From: an uncultured Desulfobacter sp.
Lineage (GTDB): Bacteria; Desulfobacterota; Desulfobacteria; Desulfobacterales; Desulfobacteraceae
Length of the DNA stretch: 64,000 nt
Assembly: GCA_963665095.1 (NCBI GenBank)
Contig: OY762069.1
Coordinates: 2,144,001-2,208,000 of the forward strand
Direction of reading: 5' to 3'
Shown here: piece by piece, positions 10,963-20,159 of the stretch
Layout of the letters: each line of letters opens with the position of its first letter
Position numbering within the stretch: position 1 is the stretch's first letter
Program-made: the position numbers and the translations under genes
Notes under the pieces: generated by a model
Database searches by the model: none
Told to the model about the DNA's origin: nothing
Seen by the model: the letters and a program-made list of their open reading frames with translations, nothing else

Positions 10963-11556
10963 ATGAAGCACGGTTTGGCTGTCATTGGGATGCTGTTCCT
11001 GTTTTCGTGTAGCTCGGGCCCCAAAACGACAGTGATCCTTTTACCGGATCAGGATGGCAACACCGGCGCCGTAGTTGTTAATAATAATGCATCATCAATT
11101 ACGCTCAATGAGCCATATGCCACTACAAAGGTCAGTGATACGAAATCAGAAATGAACGCACAGACCATCCAGAAGGAAAAAATCCAGGACGATTACAAAA
11201 CACTTTTAGAGACGGAACCACTGAAACCGGTCTCTTTTCTTCTTTATTTTGAATTCGGATCTGACCGCCTGAAACCGGAATCTGAGGCGCTTATCCCTGA
11301 AATACTTAAAATGGCAAAAGAACGGGAGCCTTCTGAAATAAGTATTATCGGACATTCCGACACCAAAGGAGAGGCTCAGTACAATTATAAGCTGGCATTG
11401 GACAGAGCCAAAGTTGTTGAAAAACATTTACAAAAAACATCTGTTAAATTGCAGGGACTTTCGGTGACCTCACACGGAGAAAATGATCCCCTGGTTTTTA
11501 CAGGGGATGACGTATCCGAAGAAAAAAATCGCAGGGTGGAAATAATGATCCGGTAG
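10963..11556 (+). CDS. OmpA-family peptidoglycan-binding lipoprotein
   Basis: Lipobox LFSC, IIGHSDTKG...NYKLALDRA and NRRVEI; RBS AAGGAG upstream of ATG 10963. Confidence 0.9.
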   Translation: MKHGLAVIGMLFLFSCSSGPKTTVILLPDQDGNTGAVVVNNNASSITLNEPYATTKVSDTKSEMNAQTIQKEKIQDDYKTLLETEPLKPVSFLLYFEFGSDRLKPESEALIPEILKMAKEREPSEISIIGHSDTKGEAQYNYKLALDRAKVVEKHLQKTSVKLQGLSVTSHGENDPLVFTGDDVSEEKNRRVEIMIR

Positions 11557-11569
11557 ATATGGTGTTTTC

Positions 11570-13573
11570 TTGAATACAAAGACAGAAAGCTTTGTCCGGT
11601 TCGATCCGTCAAAAAAACAGATATTCATCTCTGTTATATTGGTTGTCCTTGTCTTTGGTTCCGGATCGTACTCGCATAATCCCATACTTACAAAGGCTGA
11701 CAATTTTTTTTATGACATCTTTCTTAAAATAACCGCAACCGGAGACGTATCAAATCAGATCACCGTAATAGATATTGATGAGATCAGCCTGTCTGCAGTA
11801 GGGCAGTGGCCCTGGCCCAGATATCTTCTGGCAGGACTTGTCAAGGAGTTATCCGTTAACCGGCCGGCAGCCATGGGGCTTGATATTCTGCTTCCCGAAC
11901 CGGACCGGACCTCATTGAAAAATATCCGCCGGCAGTTTCAAAAGGATTTCGGGCTTGATCTTGGATTTACAGGGGTTCCACCGGCATTGCAGGATAACGA
12001 TCTATACCTGGCACATATTTTCAAGCTTACTGAAATTGTTGGTGCCAGGTATTTCTATTTTGACTATATTAATAAAAAGCCGGTTGGTTTATATACGCCA
12101 TTTGCCGTAAAAGATGAGTCAGGAAGTTTAAAACTGAATCAGGCCCAGGGGGTTTTAACCAATACCTCCCCGGTTGAGAGTGCACTCAAGTATACAGGAT
12201 TCCTTAACAACCAGTCGGATATCGACGGCCTGCTGCGCGCCACCCCACTTTTGGCTTCATTTAACGACCAGATATTTACCAATCTGTCACTTTCAACATT
12301 TTTAAAGGCGCATCAAATAAGGGAGGTCCAGGTTAGAAAGGGCCTTTTCGGTCTGTACATGCAGGCAGACAGCTACAAAATCCCCATCACACCGGACGGA
12401 TATATTCACATACGATTCAGCGGCCCTTCCAGAGCCCATAAATACATCTCTGCAGTGGATATATTAAACCACACCTATTCCCCGGCCGATGTTGAAGGTA
12501 AGATTCTTTTTATAGGCTCTTCGGCAACCGGTCTAAATGATATCCACCAAACAATTTTTGACCCCAACTATCCAGGCATAGAGGTACATGCCTCCATTTT
12601 GAGCAGTATTTATAAAGACTGCCAAATTATCATACCCATCTGGTCAAAGCATCTTGTCGCAGGGGGGTGTCTTTTGGCCGGCCTTGCCATGATAGTCCTG
12701 CTCTCCACTTCCACCTCTCCACTGGTACTTGGCGGGGGAAGTCTGGTCCTTCTCTGCATCCTGCTGCTATCAAGCATAATTTGCATGGTTCAATTCTCAC
12801 TGTTCGTCTCTCCGGGACTGCCCGTCATCATCACGCTCTTTACCTTTATTTCAGCCTCGTTCCTCCGCTTTAACAGATTCAGGAAAGCTACGATCATCTG
12901 GTTTAAAAAACTGGCAGAGGCGCAGCAGATTACCATAGGAACAGTGGTAAACCTGGTTGAAACCCGTGATCCGGAAACCGGACGGCATGTGATCCGGACC
13001 CAGCATTACGCCAGGGCTCTGGTCAGCCACTTAAAACGGGCCGGTCTGTTTTCAGACATTTTAACGGATGAGTATATTGAAATGCTGTTCAATTCCACGC
13101 CGCTGCACGACATCGGCAAGGTGGGCATACCCGACAGAATTCTTTTAAAGCCTGACAAATTGAGCGATGAAGAATTTGAAATTATGAAGACCCATACAAC
13201 CATTGGAAGAGAGACCCTTGCAAGAGCAGCAAGGAATGACAAGGATAATTTTTATCTTAAAATGGGGGCACAGATCGCCGGTACCCATCATGAAAAATGG
13301 AATGGCAAAGGGTATCCGGACGGACTTTTTGGAGAGGATATCCCCCTTTGCGGCAGAATTATGTCCATCTGTGATGTCTACGACGCCCTGATCAGCCAGA
13401 GATGCTATAAACCACCCTTTTCCCATGAAAAGGCCATGAAAATTATCCTTGAAGAAAAAGGCGTCATGTTTGACCCCAGGCTTGTGGATGCTTTTCAGGC
13501 CATAGAAGAGACCATTCAATCAATTGCATCAAAATTTAAGGATGAGATAGAAGACCAACCAACCAAGGCGTAA
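11570..13573 (+). CDS. CHASE2 sensor / HD-GYP c-di-GMP phosphodiesterase
   Basis: CHASE2 motifs IDIDE...GQWPWPR and PGIEVHA; three TM segments; ETGRHV, LHDIGKVGIPD, HHEKWNGKGYP and DVYDAL. Confidence 0.93.
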   Translation: MNTKTESFVRFDPSKKQIFISVILVVLVFGSGSYSHNPILTKADNFFYDIFLKITATGDVSNQITVIDIDEISLSAVGQWPWPRYLLAGLVKELSVNRPAAMGLDILLPEPDRTSLKNIRRQFQKDFGLDLGFTGVPPALQDNDLYLAHIFKLTEIVGARYFYFDYINKKPVGLYTPFAVKDESGSLKLNQAQGVLTNTSPVESALKYTGFLNNQSDIDGLLRATPLLASFNDQIFTNLSLSTFLKAHQIREVQVRKGLFGLYMQADSYKIPITPDGYIHIRFSGPSRAHKYISAVDILNHTYSPADVEGKILFIGSSATGLNDIHQTIFDPNYPGIEVHASILSSIYKDCQIIIPIWSKHLVAGGCLLAGLAMIVLLSTSTSPLVLGGGSLVLLCILLLSSIICMVQFSLFVSPGLPVIITLFTFISASFLRFNRFRKATIIWFKKLAEAQQITIGTVVNLVETRDPETGRHVIRTQHYARALVSHLKRAGLFSDILTDEYIEMLFNSTPLHDIGKVGIPDRILLKPDKLSDEEFEIMKTHTTIGRETLARAARNDKDNFYLKMGAQIAGTHHEKWNGKGYPDGLFGEDIPLCGRIMSICDVYDALISQRCYKPPFSHEKAMKIILEEKGVMFDPRLVDAFQAIEETIQSIASKFKDEIEDQPTKA

Positions 13574-13721
13574 TTGGATCCATTTCCAAGTACCATGGCG
13601 GGAGGACGTTGTACTTCCCACAAAATGACAAGCTACAAATTGCCATTCTGGACCAGGCAGTTATCAAGGCTTTCAACGGACAAAATCATCTTGAACTATC
13701 ATTAAAAACTAAACTTACAAC
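13563..13721 (+). pseudogene. Fragment of a Mor-family regulator
   Basis: Encodes ...YHGGRTLYFPQNDKLQIAILDQAVIKAFNGQNHLELSLKTKLTT and is truncated at both ends. Confidence 0.8.
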
Positions 13722-13748
13722 TGATGCCCTCTTTGGTCCTGACCCCCA

Positions 13749-13939
13749 GTGGGTTGTCCTTTTTTCAGGTGACAGTGGTGTCGGTTCTTGCCAAGGAGAC
13801 TGTAGTTTTACCAGTTGCCACGGGCAGGCCCGGTATCTTTGATTTCAGCAATCAAAACATACAAAGCAGCTTTAATCCTTTGCGGCAGTTTCCTATCCTG
13901 TTTTTTAACTTTTTTATTTGTAGTAACAACCCATGCCAT
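13749..13939 (-). pseudogene. Pseudogenised HigB/RelE-like toxin
   Basis: MAWVVTTNKKVKKQDRKLPQRIKAAL...GNW followed by a premature stop at 13808; paralogue of 21390-21668 with the 3' end and most of the antitoxin deleted. Confidence 0.85.
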
Positions 13940-14345
13940 GTTTATAAAATATACCCTTAAAAGGGATATTATCAAGATAACTATATTTGATCTGTGAGTA
14001 TCCACGACTGGGAATTGGGATGGTTTACCCGGCAAGGTGGGTTCCGACCCCACGATATGCTCGGAGGACCGTAGTCCCCGGAGCCCCGCCGCCATCTGCG
14101 ACCATCATGCCGGATTCTTCGATTATATTGAAGCTGGTTTGCCCAATCAATGTGAAAAATTGAAATAGGCTGAAAAAGCCGTTGATTAGAACCTGTCTGG
14201 AGAATAGGATAAACAGAGTGTAAGGAAGGTGACGCTTCGCCATGCCACTTTGCCCGGGCCGCGCCTGCCACCGGAGCCGGTCAATCCATACCTTGGAACG
14301 TGATTTGCTAAAAAGCTAACTGATTGATTTTATTGAAATATAAAG

Positions 14346-14371
14346 TGGTGGAGGCGGGGGGAGTTGAACCC
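14346..14371 (-). repeat. att core: duplicated tmRNA 3' end (distal island boundary)
   Basis: TGGTGGAGGCGGGGGGAGTTGAACCC is identical to 36931-36956. Confidence 0.95.
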
Positions 14372-14417
14372 GTATCCATACGTTGAAACCATTGTCACTA
14401 CTGGCTCTAAAAAGTGG

Positions 14418-14438
14418 CCGATAAACATCTGATAAATA
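14418..14438 (+). promoter_or_regulatory. Probable integrase arm-type sites (left arm)
   Basis: CCGATAAACATCTGATAAATA closely matches CTGATAAACATCTGATAAACA at 36861-36881; both are tandem 11-bp repeats about 50 bp inside an att core. Confidence 0.7.
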
Positions 14439-15268
14439 TTGGGTGCCACTTTGCCAGCTTTTTACACATTCATCATTGATAAAACCGGGCCCTCATTTTT
14501 AAGGACGGCCCTCCCCTTTCCATTCTTTATACAGGAAAACACGGGGAGCTTTTATCATTTCATGATCAGAACTGAACCACCCGTCTTTAAAGGGTTTTCA
14601 GCTTTTACGCGATCAAAAGTTTTAAAAAATCGTCTAAAAGTTTTAACCTTTGTTGGATCTCCTTTATTGACGGGTGGTTTCATTCTTTTTCTTAAGGACT
14701 TCACAAACTTATATATTATCCGAATACTGAGAATGCTATCATATCTCAAAAGCCTTGATAATAAAGGATTTCAAGCATTTTCACAGTTAAAACCAAACAT
14801 AATTTTTTATGTTTTTACTATACTGAATTTTGAACTTTATAGCGTCGGAAACCCTTTATTGACAAGCGTTTCCGAATCTTACCTCAATAAAAAATGGTTA
14901 AAACCTGTGAAAGTTTTTACATGCAATCTTCTTACATGTTTAATTTCTAGTGCAAAATTATTACGTGTGCCTATTTTTTCCCCTGAATATCCCAAATTCA
15001 AATTAGTTTGGGGAGGGGGGGGTAGTGTATTGGCAGAATGTGGTTAAGGGGAAAAAAATCAATTTTTATTCGGGATTGTTCGGAATTAAGGGGGATTAAC
15101 TGGGTATAATTACAATAAGATAGCAAATTTATGAAAATGGTTTATTTTTTATATTATTGCGTTTGTAAATGACGATATGCTCAAACAAACCTTTAACAAC
15201 CGGTTAACACTGACTGATACTTTATTGATACTTTATTGATACCTTTTAAGTGTTTTTAAGGGGGTAAC

Positions 15269-15556
15269 TTGCCCGGCCAAATCAACTTTGAACAGATTAA
15301 GGAGTATGGTTTGAAGATTGGCAACCTTTCACAAGACATGCAACTGGTTGCTACTGCAGTTGGAATTGATGGCGCCATCAAATTGATTTTAGCCTTTGGT
15401 GGGAGTTCCATTTATTTCCCTAAAAAAGAATCCTTATTGAAAAAAACAAGGAACAGGACAATCAAAAACGATTTTAATGGCACAAATTTAAAAGAGCTTT
15501 CTATGAAGTACCGTCTATCAACACCGTGCCTTAGAGCGATCATTAGGAGGAAATAA
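15269..15556 (+). CDS. Mor/C family transcription activator
   Basis: GIDGAIKLILAFGGSSIYFPK...RNRTIKNDFNGTNLKELSMKYRLST..LRAII, the typical Mor domain pattern. Confidence 0.88.
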   Translation: MPGQINFEQIKEYGLKIGNLSQDMQLVATAVGIDGAIKLILAFGGSSIYFPKKESLLKKTRNRTIKNDFNGTNLKELSMKYRLSTPCLRAIIRRK

Positions 15557-15560
15557 AATC

Positions 15561-16040
15561 ATGGCGAAAATATCCGGCTTAAAAAGGACACAGATCCAAG
15601 GCAAAAAATATGATTTACCAGCTGAAGAGGTAGAAATTCAGAAACTTGTAAAAAAAGGATTGGGCTTAGATGCGAAACTCAAAACAGTAAAAAATGAATT
15701 GGATGCGGTTAAGAATGAATTGATTTCCATTGCGGAAAGGCGGCGGGAAGGTACGACTACAGTAAAGTTACAGGCCGTCACCGGGGATTCTACCATTACT
15801 TTCAGGGAAACATATATTTGTGACGACCAAGTGGAAGAGATTTCCCAGGAGCTGGGTTCCTTATTTGACCGGTTCTTTACAAAAAAAATTGATTTCAAGA
15901 CCTCCACGGATCTGAAAAAATTTCTTGATGGTGAACATGCATATGGAATTGATGATCCTGAGCCGATGAAAAATTTAATTCTGGCTCATGTTATAAAGAA
16001 GACCACTAAACCCAATGTGAAACTGACACCAAATGAATAA
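15561..16040 (+). CDS. Hypothetical phage-type protein (coiled-coil N-terminus; weak resemblance to Mu Gam-like proteins)
   Basis: 159 aa with a strong RBS (AGGAGG); helical N-half and TVKL...TITF beta-region. Family assignment is tentative. Confidence 0.6.
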   Translation: MAKISGLKRTQIQGKKYDLPAEEVEIQKLVKKGLGLDAKLKTVKNELDAVKNELISIAERRREGTTTVKLQAVTGDSTITFRETYICDDQVEEISQELGSLFDRFFTKKIDFKTSTDLKKFLDGEHAYGIDDPEPMKNLILAHVIKKTTKPNVKLTPNE

Positions 16041-16109
16041 ACATCAGTGGAGAATTATAACCATTTGTTCCCTCTGACATTCAATATACGGACACCAGGA
16101 TTTATAATT

Positions 16110-16211
16110 GTCAAAAAGGTTTTCCTTTATAACACACGTAAAACATATGTCAAAAAGGTCTATTTTTAAATTATTGACACTATTTCTAAAAAGGCCTATA
16201 GTATTTATAAC
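16110..16211. promoter_or_regulatory. Probable res site (three resolvase-binding subsites)
   Basis: TGTCAAAAAGGT...TATAACA, TGTCAAAAAGGT...TTGACA and TTTCTAAAAAGG...TATAACA, three dyads with different spacers directly upstream of the resolvase gene. Confidence 0.65.
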
Positions 16212-16232
16212 ATTCAGACAAGGAGAATCCCT

Positions 16233-16814
16233 ATGACAGTTTTCACTTATGCCCGGGTAAGCACCCTGGACCAGAATACAGATCTTCAAGAAAAGGCTTT
16301 GAAAAAAGCCTATCCGGATTCAACGTTTCGGCAGGAAAAACAATCCGGCACATCTATGACTAAACGGGATGTGCTTAACCTGATCCTGGATATGATCGGG
16401 ACAGGTGACAAGCTGGTAGTTTGGAAATTAGACCGCCTGGCTCGAAACCTTCATGACCTGACAATGATTGTTGAATTACTTAGCGGTAAAGGTGCCGCTT
16501 TGGAAATATTGGATCAGAAGATAGACACCAGTACAGCTACCGGCCGGGCTTTTCTTCAAATGCTGGGGGTTTTCGCTGAATTCGAAACCAATCTCAGAAA
16601 AGAACGGCAACTGGCCGGTATTGCTGCGGCCAAGGCCAAAGGAAAGCACCTGGGCCGAAAACCATCCCTTACCGGCTGTCAGAAAAATGATATTCTGATA
16701 AAAAATGATAAAGGGATGAACCCTACTCAGCTTGCCAAAGAATTTGGCGTATCCAGGGCCACCATTTACAATGTCCTGAAGAATGATGAAGGTGCAGGTG
16801 AACATTCTTCCTAA
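16233..16814 (+). CDS. Serine recombinase (resolvase/invertase)
   Basis: YARVST.DQ, GDKLVVWKLDRLAR, AEFE and a C-terminal HTH (LAKEFGVSRATIY). Confidence 0.95.
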   Translation: MTVFTYARVSTLDQNTDLQEKALKKAYPDSTFRQEKQSGTSMTKRDVLNLILDMIGTGDKLVVWKLDRLARNLHDLTMIVELLSGKGAALEILDQKIDTSTATGRAFLQMLGVFAEFETNLRKERQLAGIAAAKAKGKHLGRKPSLTGCQKNDILIKNDKGMNPTQLAKEFGVSRATIYNVLKNDEGAGEHSS

Positions 16815-17046
16815 AAATGGTCCTGGGAAACGGGCTATGAAGTGTGACCAGTATGATAGGTGCCTAAACAAGGCTGCCTATGAAAACTGGGACCATTTCA
16901 ACTGTGAGGCCTGCAGTTATGAAAACAGGGGAAAGGTTGATTTCCTGCCTTCCTGTTTTATCTGCGCTGAACAGGATCTCAAAGAAACATTTGGCGCCTA
17001 TTGGGAGTTTATGGACATTGGCAATCCAAAATCTGAAACGGCATGA
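16783..17046 (+). CDS. Small Cys-rich hypothetical protein
   Basis: 87 aa, C-x5-C...W..F.C-x2-C pattern; overlaps the resolvase stop and lies in the same operon. Confidence 0.6.
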   Translation: MMKVQVNILPKNGPGKRAMKCDQYDRCLNKAAYENWDHFNCEACSYENRGKVDFLPSCFICAEQDLKETFGAYWEFMDIGNPKSETA

Positions 17047-17577
17047 ACATCTTTAACAGGAGCTTTCAGTGATCAATTCAGCATGTTTCAATCCTTCAGC
17101 AATGACCGTCAATCAGGTCCTGGATGCATTAACCCCTGAGATAAGGCAAGACCATAAAGTATGGCCAAAGCATTTGCGCGGCCTTACAGCTGTTTTGGCC
17201 ACAAATAAAATCAACCAGGGAATTGATCCCCAAACAGCGATTGAGAAAGCACAGAACATCATTATCACAATTGCTCACTATTTCGGGGGACGATCAATTT
17301 ATCTGCCGGCCAATGAAAAATTGAAAATGGTTTTACGGGATCTTGTTTCTTTATTGGGCAACAAGCATAAGACAAATTGGATTGAGACGTTCAAAGCCGA
17401 ATTCCCAAAAGACAAACAAACTTGGCCTGCTCTTCTGGCCGAATTATTTGATATTATTTTCCGGTTTTACGAATCAAGTGTCAGGCGGGGCGTGAACATG
17501 TCATAAATCTCCCGGTTTAAAAATGTAGGCGATTAAAGGGCCGGCCTCCAGATGCATGTAGACCGGCCTCGGCTTTG

Positions 17578-18312
17578 TTATTCTTCCGTCACATCTTTCA
17601 TTCTAAAACTCTTACCCTCAATGACCACAGGCTCGGTGTGGTGAAGAAGCCTGTCCAGCAAAGCTGATGTTAATGTCATGTCATTGTTGAAGATCTCCGG
17701 CCAATCTTTGAACACCCGGTTTGTGGTTATTATGATGGCTCCTTGCTCATAGCGCTGACTGATAATTTGGAACAACAGGTCTGCCCCAATCTTGTCAATG
17801 GGCAGGTAGCCCAGTTCATCCATGATCAACAAAGTTGGCTTGAGGTATTTTCTCAGTTCCTGCTTTAACTGACCCGCCTTCTGGGCTGCCACCAGATTGT
17901 TGACGATATCAATGGCAGAAGAGAACAGAACCGTATGGTTTTTCAGGCAGGCCTGGTAACCTAAAGCAGTCGCAATATGTGTTTTCCCAACACCGACCGG
18001 GCCGATCACGATAATGTTACCCTTTTCTTCAATGAACTTGAGTCTGAACAGATTCTGGATCTGAGCCTGATTGATTTTTCTGGGCCATGACCAGTTGAAC
18101 TGGTCCAGGGTTTTGATTACCGGGAACTTGGCCATACGGATACGGCGCTGGATGGTTTTATCATGGCGCAGTAGTGATTCATGCCTGGCAAGCTCTGATA
18201 GATATTGAACGTGGCTCCATTGCTTCTGGGCAGCCAGGGTAGCCACTGACTCATAGTTTTCCCTGATATAAGGTAGTTTTAAGTGGGACAGGCATTTCTC
18301 AAGATCAGGCAT
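17578..18312 (-). CDS. istB: IS21 helper AAA+ ATPase IstB
   Basis: Walker A GPVGVGKTH, LLIMDELGY, LFQIISQRYE and LLDRLLHH...GKSFR. Confidence 0.96.
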   Translation of the reverse strand: MPDLEKCLSHLKLPYIRENYESVATLAAQKQWSHVQYLSELARHESLLRHDKTIQRRIRMAKFPVIKTLDQFNWSWPRKINQAQIQNLFRLKFIEEKGNIIVIGPVGVGKTHIATALGYQACLKNHTVLFSSAIDIVNNLVAAQKAGQLKQELRKYLKPTLLIMDELGYLPIDKIGADLLFQIISQRYEQGAIIITTNRVFKDWPEIFNNDMTLTSALLDRLLHHTEPVVIEGKSFRMKDVTEE

Positions 18313-19780
18313 TTTTATCTCCTATGGCGGTATAAATATTAAGATCAGGCTCCTGGATTGTCAGGTTCAGTAAATCTGCTTTATGTGTAACATGCAGGGC
18401 TCCGGGCTCCTGGGGAGACCGAACCCGCTGCTCAAGGAGGTTGGCGATGTATTCACATGAGAATGCAGAGAACTTAAAGGCATCTTCAATGGCCATGGCA
18501 ACTTGTTCCCGGGAGTAGATTTCACTCAAGGCCACGATTTGCCGTACATGATGGGAGGCGTTAAGCCGCCTGTTCTGCAATTGCCTGTAATACTCCCGGG
18601 CCTTGTCAGAGAGGCTTAAAAAACGCATATAAATTGCCTGGTCTCTGGCCTTTTTGCGCTGGCTCAAAAGGATTTTAGAGTGATCAGGATCTTCAAGGTC
18701 GTTTTTGCGGCCATAGGATCTGACATGGCGGGCAACCAACTTGTCTTCATGGTAAAAGCAGATCCGATCAGGGTAAAGCTTGGCAGTCAAAGCCACCCCT
18801 GCCAGCTGGGCGGGTACTGTGTAAGCATTTGTATCGATGACTACCCTGTACTGTCTTGAAGCCCGTACCTGCTTTACCACACCGATATCATAGGGTTCTG
18901 ACGGCAGAGGGTATAGGTGGGGCAATTCCAGGGCATACATCTCTGCGGGCTTTTGACCGGTCTCTCCGTGGGTTCTGACATTGGCGACAGTATCAAGCCA
19001 GTGTTTGCAGGTGGGCTCCATGATCTTAAAATCAGGGATTTCAAGACCGTTGAGCAGATTCTTTTTGACATAGCCCACAGCATTTTCAACCCGGCCTTTT
19101 TCATTACCCTTGCGCACATTACAGGGAACAATTGTAAATCCGTAATAATCTGCAAAATCAAGGTATCTGGGGTTGAAGACCGGGGCTTTCCCCAGCAGTC
19201 TTTTTAGAACAGCGGATTTGAGATTGTCCACCATGACCTTTTCCGGCACCTTTCCAAAAAACTCAAATGCATTCTGGTGGCAGCCTAAAAAATGCTCCAT
19301 GGTCTGGGAGACCGTGAACTCAACGTACATCATGCGGCTGTGGCACATCACCATCACAAAAAAGCTCAACCGCCGGGTCGTGTTGCCCACCCTTACTGTA
19401 CTATAAGAACCCCAGTCCACCTGGGCAGCTTCACCCGGAGCAAAACTCAGTTTCAAATACGCCTTTGTTTTGGGCGGCCGCACCTTCCTGACATAATCCT
19501 CAACAATGGTGATGCCCCCGGCAAAACCATCCTGGGTGATTCGTTGAAATATCTGGCGGGAACTGTAGGGATGTTTTTCAAGCATATGCAGGATGGCGTT
19601 CTTATACGGATCAAGCTTGCTTTCTCTGGGGGCTGACTGTCTGGGCTGGTACCTTTTCAGGTTGGCCCACCTGGCAACTGTCCTGGGGTCCAGATCAAGG
19701 GCATTGGCAATCTGGCTGTATGTCAGGCCGTCTCGGGTAAAGTAATTTCTGATTTGAACATAGGTTTCGTAATCAATCAT
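18305..19780 (-). CDS. istA: IS21 transposase IstA
   Basis: N-terminal HTH, PGEAAQVDWG, DNLKSAV and KGRVENAVGYVK (DDE triad). Confidence 0.96.
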   Translation of the reverse strand: MIDYETYVQIRNYFTRDGLTYSQIANALDLDPRTVARWANLKRYQPRQSAPRESKLDPYKNAILHMLEKHPYSSRQIFQRITQDGFAGGITIVEDYVRKVRPPKTKAYLKLSFAPGEAAQVDWGSYSTVRVGNTTRRLSFFVMVMCHSRMMYVEFTVSQTMEHFLGCHQNAFEFFGKVPEKVMVDNLKSAVLKRLLGKAPVFNPRYLDFADYYGFTIVPCNVRKGNEKGRVENAVGYVKKNLLNGLEIPDFKIMEPTCKHWLDTVANVRTHGETGQKPAEMYALELPHLYPLPSEPYDIGVVKQVRASRQYRVVIDTNAYTVPAQLAGVALTAKLYPDRICFYHEDKLVARHVRSYGRKNDLEDPDHSKILLSQRKKARDQAIYMRFLSLSDKAREYYRQLQNRRLNASHHVRQIVALSEIYSREQVAMAIEDAFKFSAFSCEYIANLLEQRVRSPQEPGALHVTHKADLLNLTIQEPDLNIYTAIGDKNA

Positions 19781-20159
19781 GGTTGCCCTCCGCTGCTGCT
19801 TTTAGAATATCTGAAAGACGCAGCATGGAGCCGTGCCGTTTTGATTTACCAGGAGCAGGGTCAAGGGCAAGCACCTGGTAAATAGGTCTCTGCCAGGCAA
19901 TCAGCCCATTCTGTATTAACCCGGAACGTGCTGTCTTCAGGCCATCAGAATCCATGCACAGCCGATCCATGATCGCCTTATCTCCATAGTAGCTGATGCC
20001 TTGACTGTCGGCCACACACACCAGAAACAGATATAGGGCGGACTGGGAGTGTGTACACCTGTCAATGTGCCGTTCACGCACCAGGCGATGATCGATCCAA
20101 CTGAAGCTTTGGGGTGTTTTTCGAACCCTGGATGGTAAAATGGGGGCCTTTGCAATCAT
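19773..20159 (-). CDS. IS-borne accessory protein, probable winged-helix DNA-binding domain
   Basis: 128 aa (FSWIDHRLV...ALYLFLVCVADSQGISYYGD.AI...L...GLI); overlaps the istA start and lies inside the IRs. Confidence 0.75.
   Translation of the reverse strand: MIAKAPILPSRVRKTPQSFSWIDHRLVRERHIDRCTHSQSALYLFLVCVADSQGISYYGDKAIMDRLCMDSDGLKTARSGLIQNGLIAWQRPIYQVLALDPAPGKSKRHGSMLRLSDILKAAAEGNHD

Larger units (their letters stand above)
13563..14307. repeat. Degenerate, internally deleted copy of 20873-21858 (remnant of a sibling island)
   Basis: 13563-13721 matches 20873-21031; ~13723-13749 matches ~21218-21244; ~13749-13982 matches ~21478-21711; ~14170-14307 matches ~21710-21858. Identity is high with scattered substitutions. 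Confidence 0.93.

Noticed and set aside
14346..14371. Possible extra tRNA gene
   Set aside because: Only the T-arm/acceptor 3' fragment is present and it is identical to the tmRNA end; it is an att core.
14439..15047. 202-aa ORF at the left island end
   Set aside because: TTG start without a clear RBS, Phe/Leu/Lys-biased composition, no motif, and it runs across dense palindromes; more likely a spurious frame over a cis-acting region, though not excluded.
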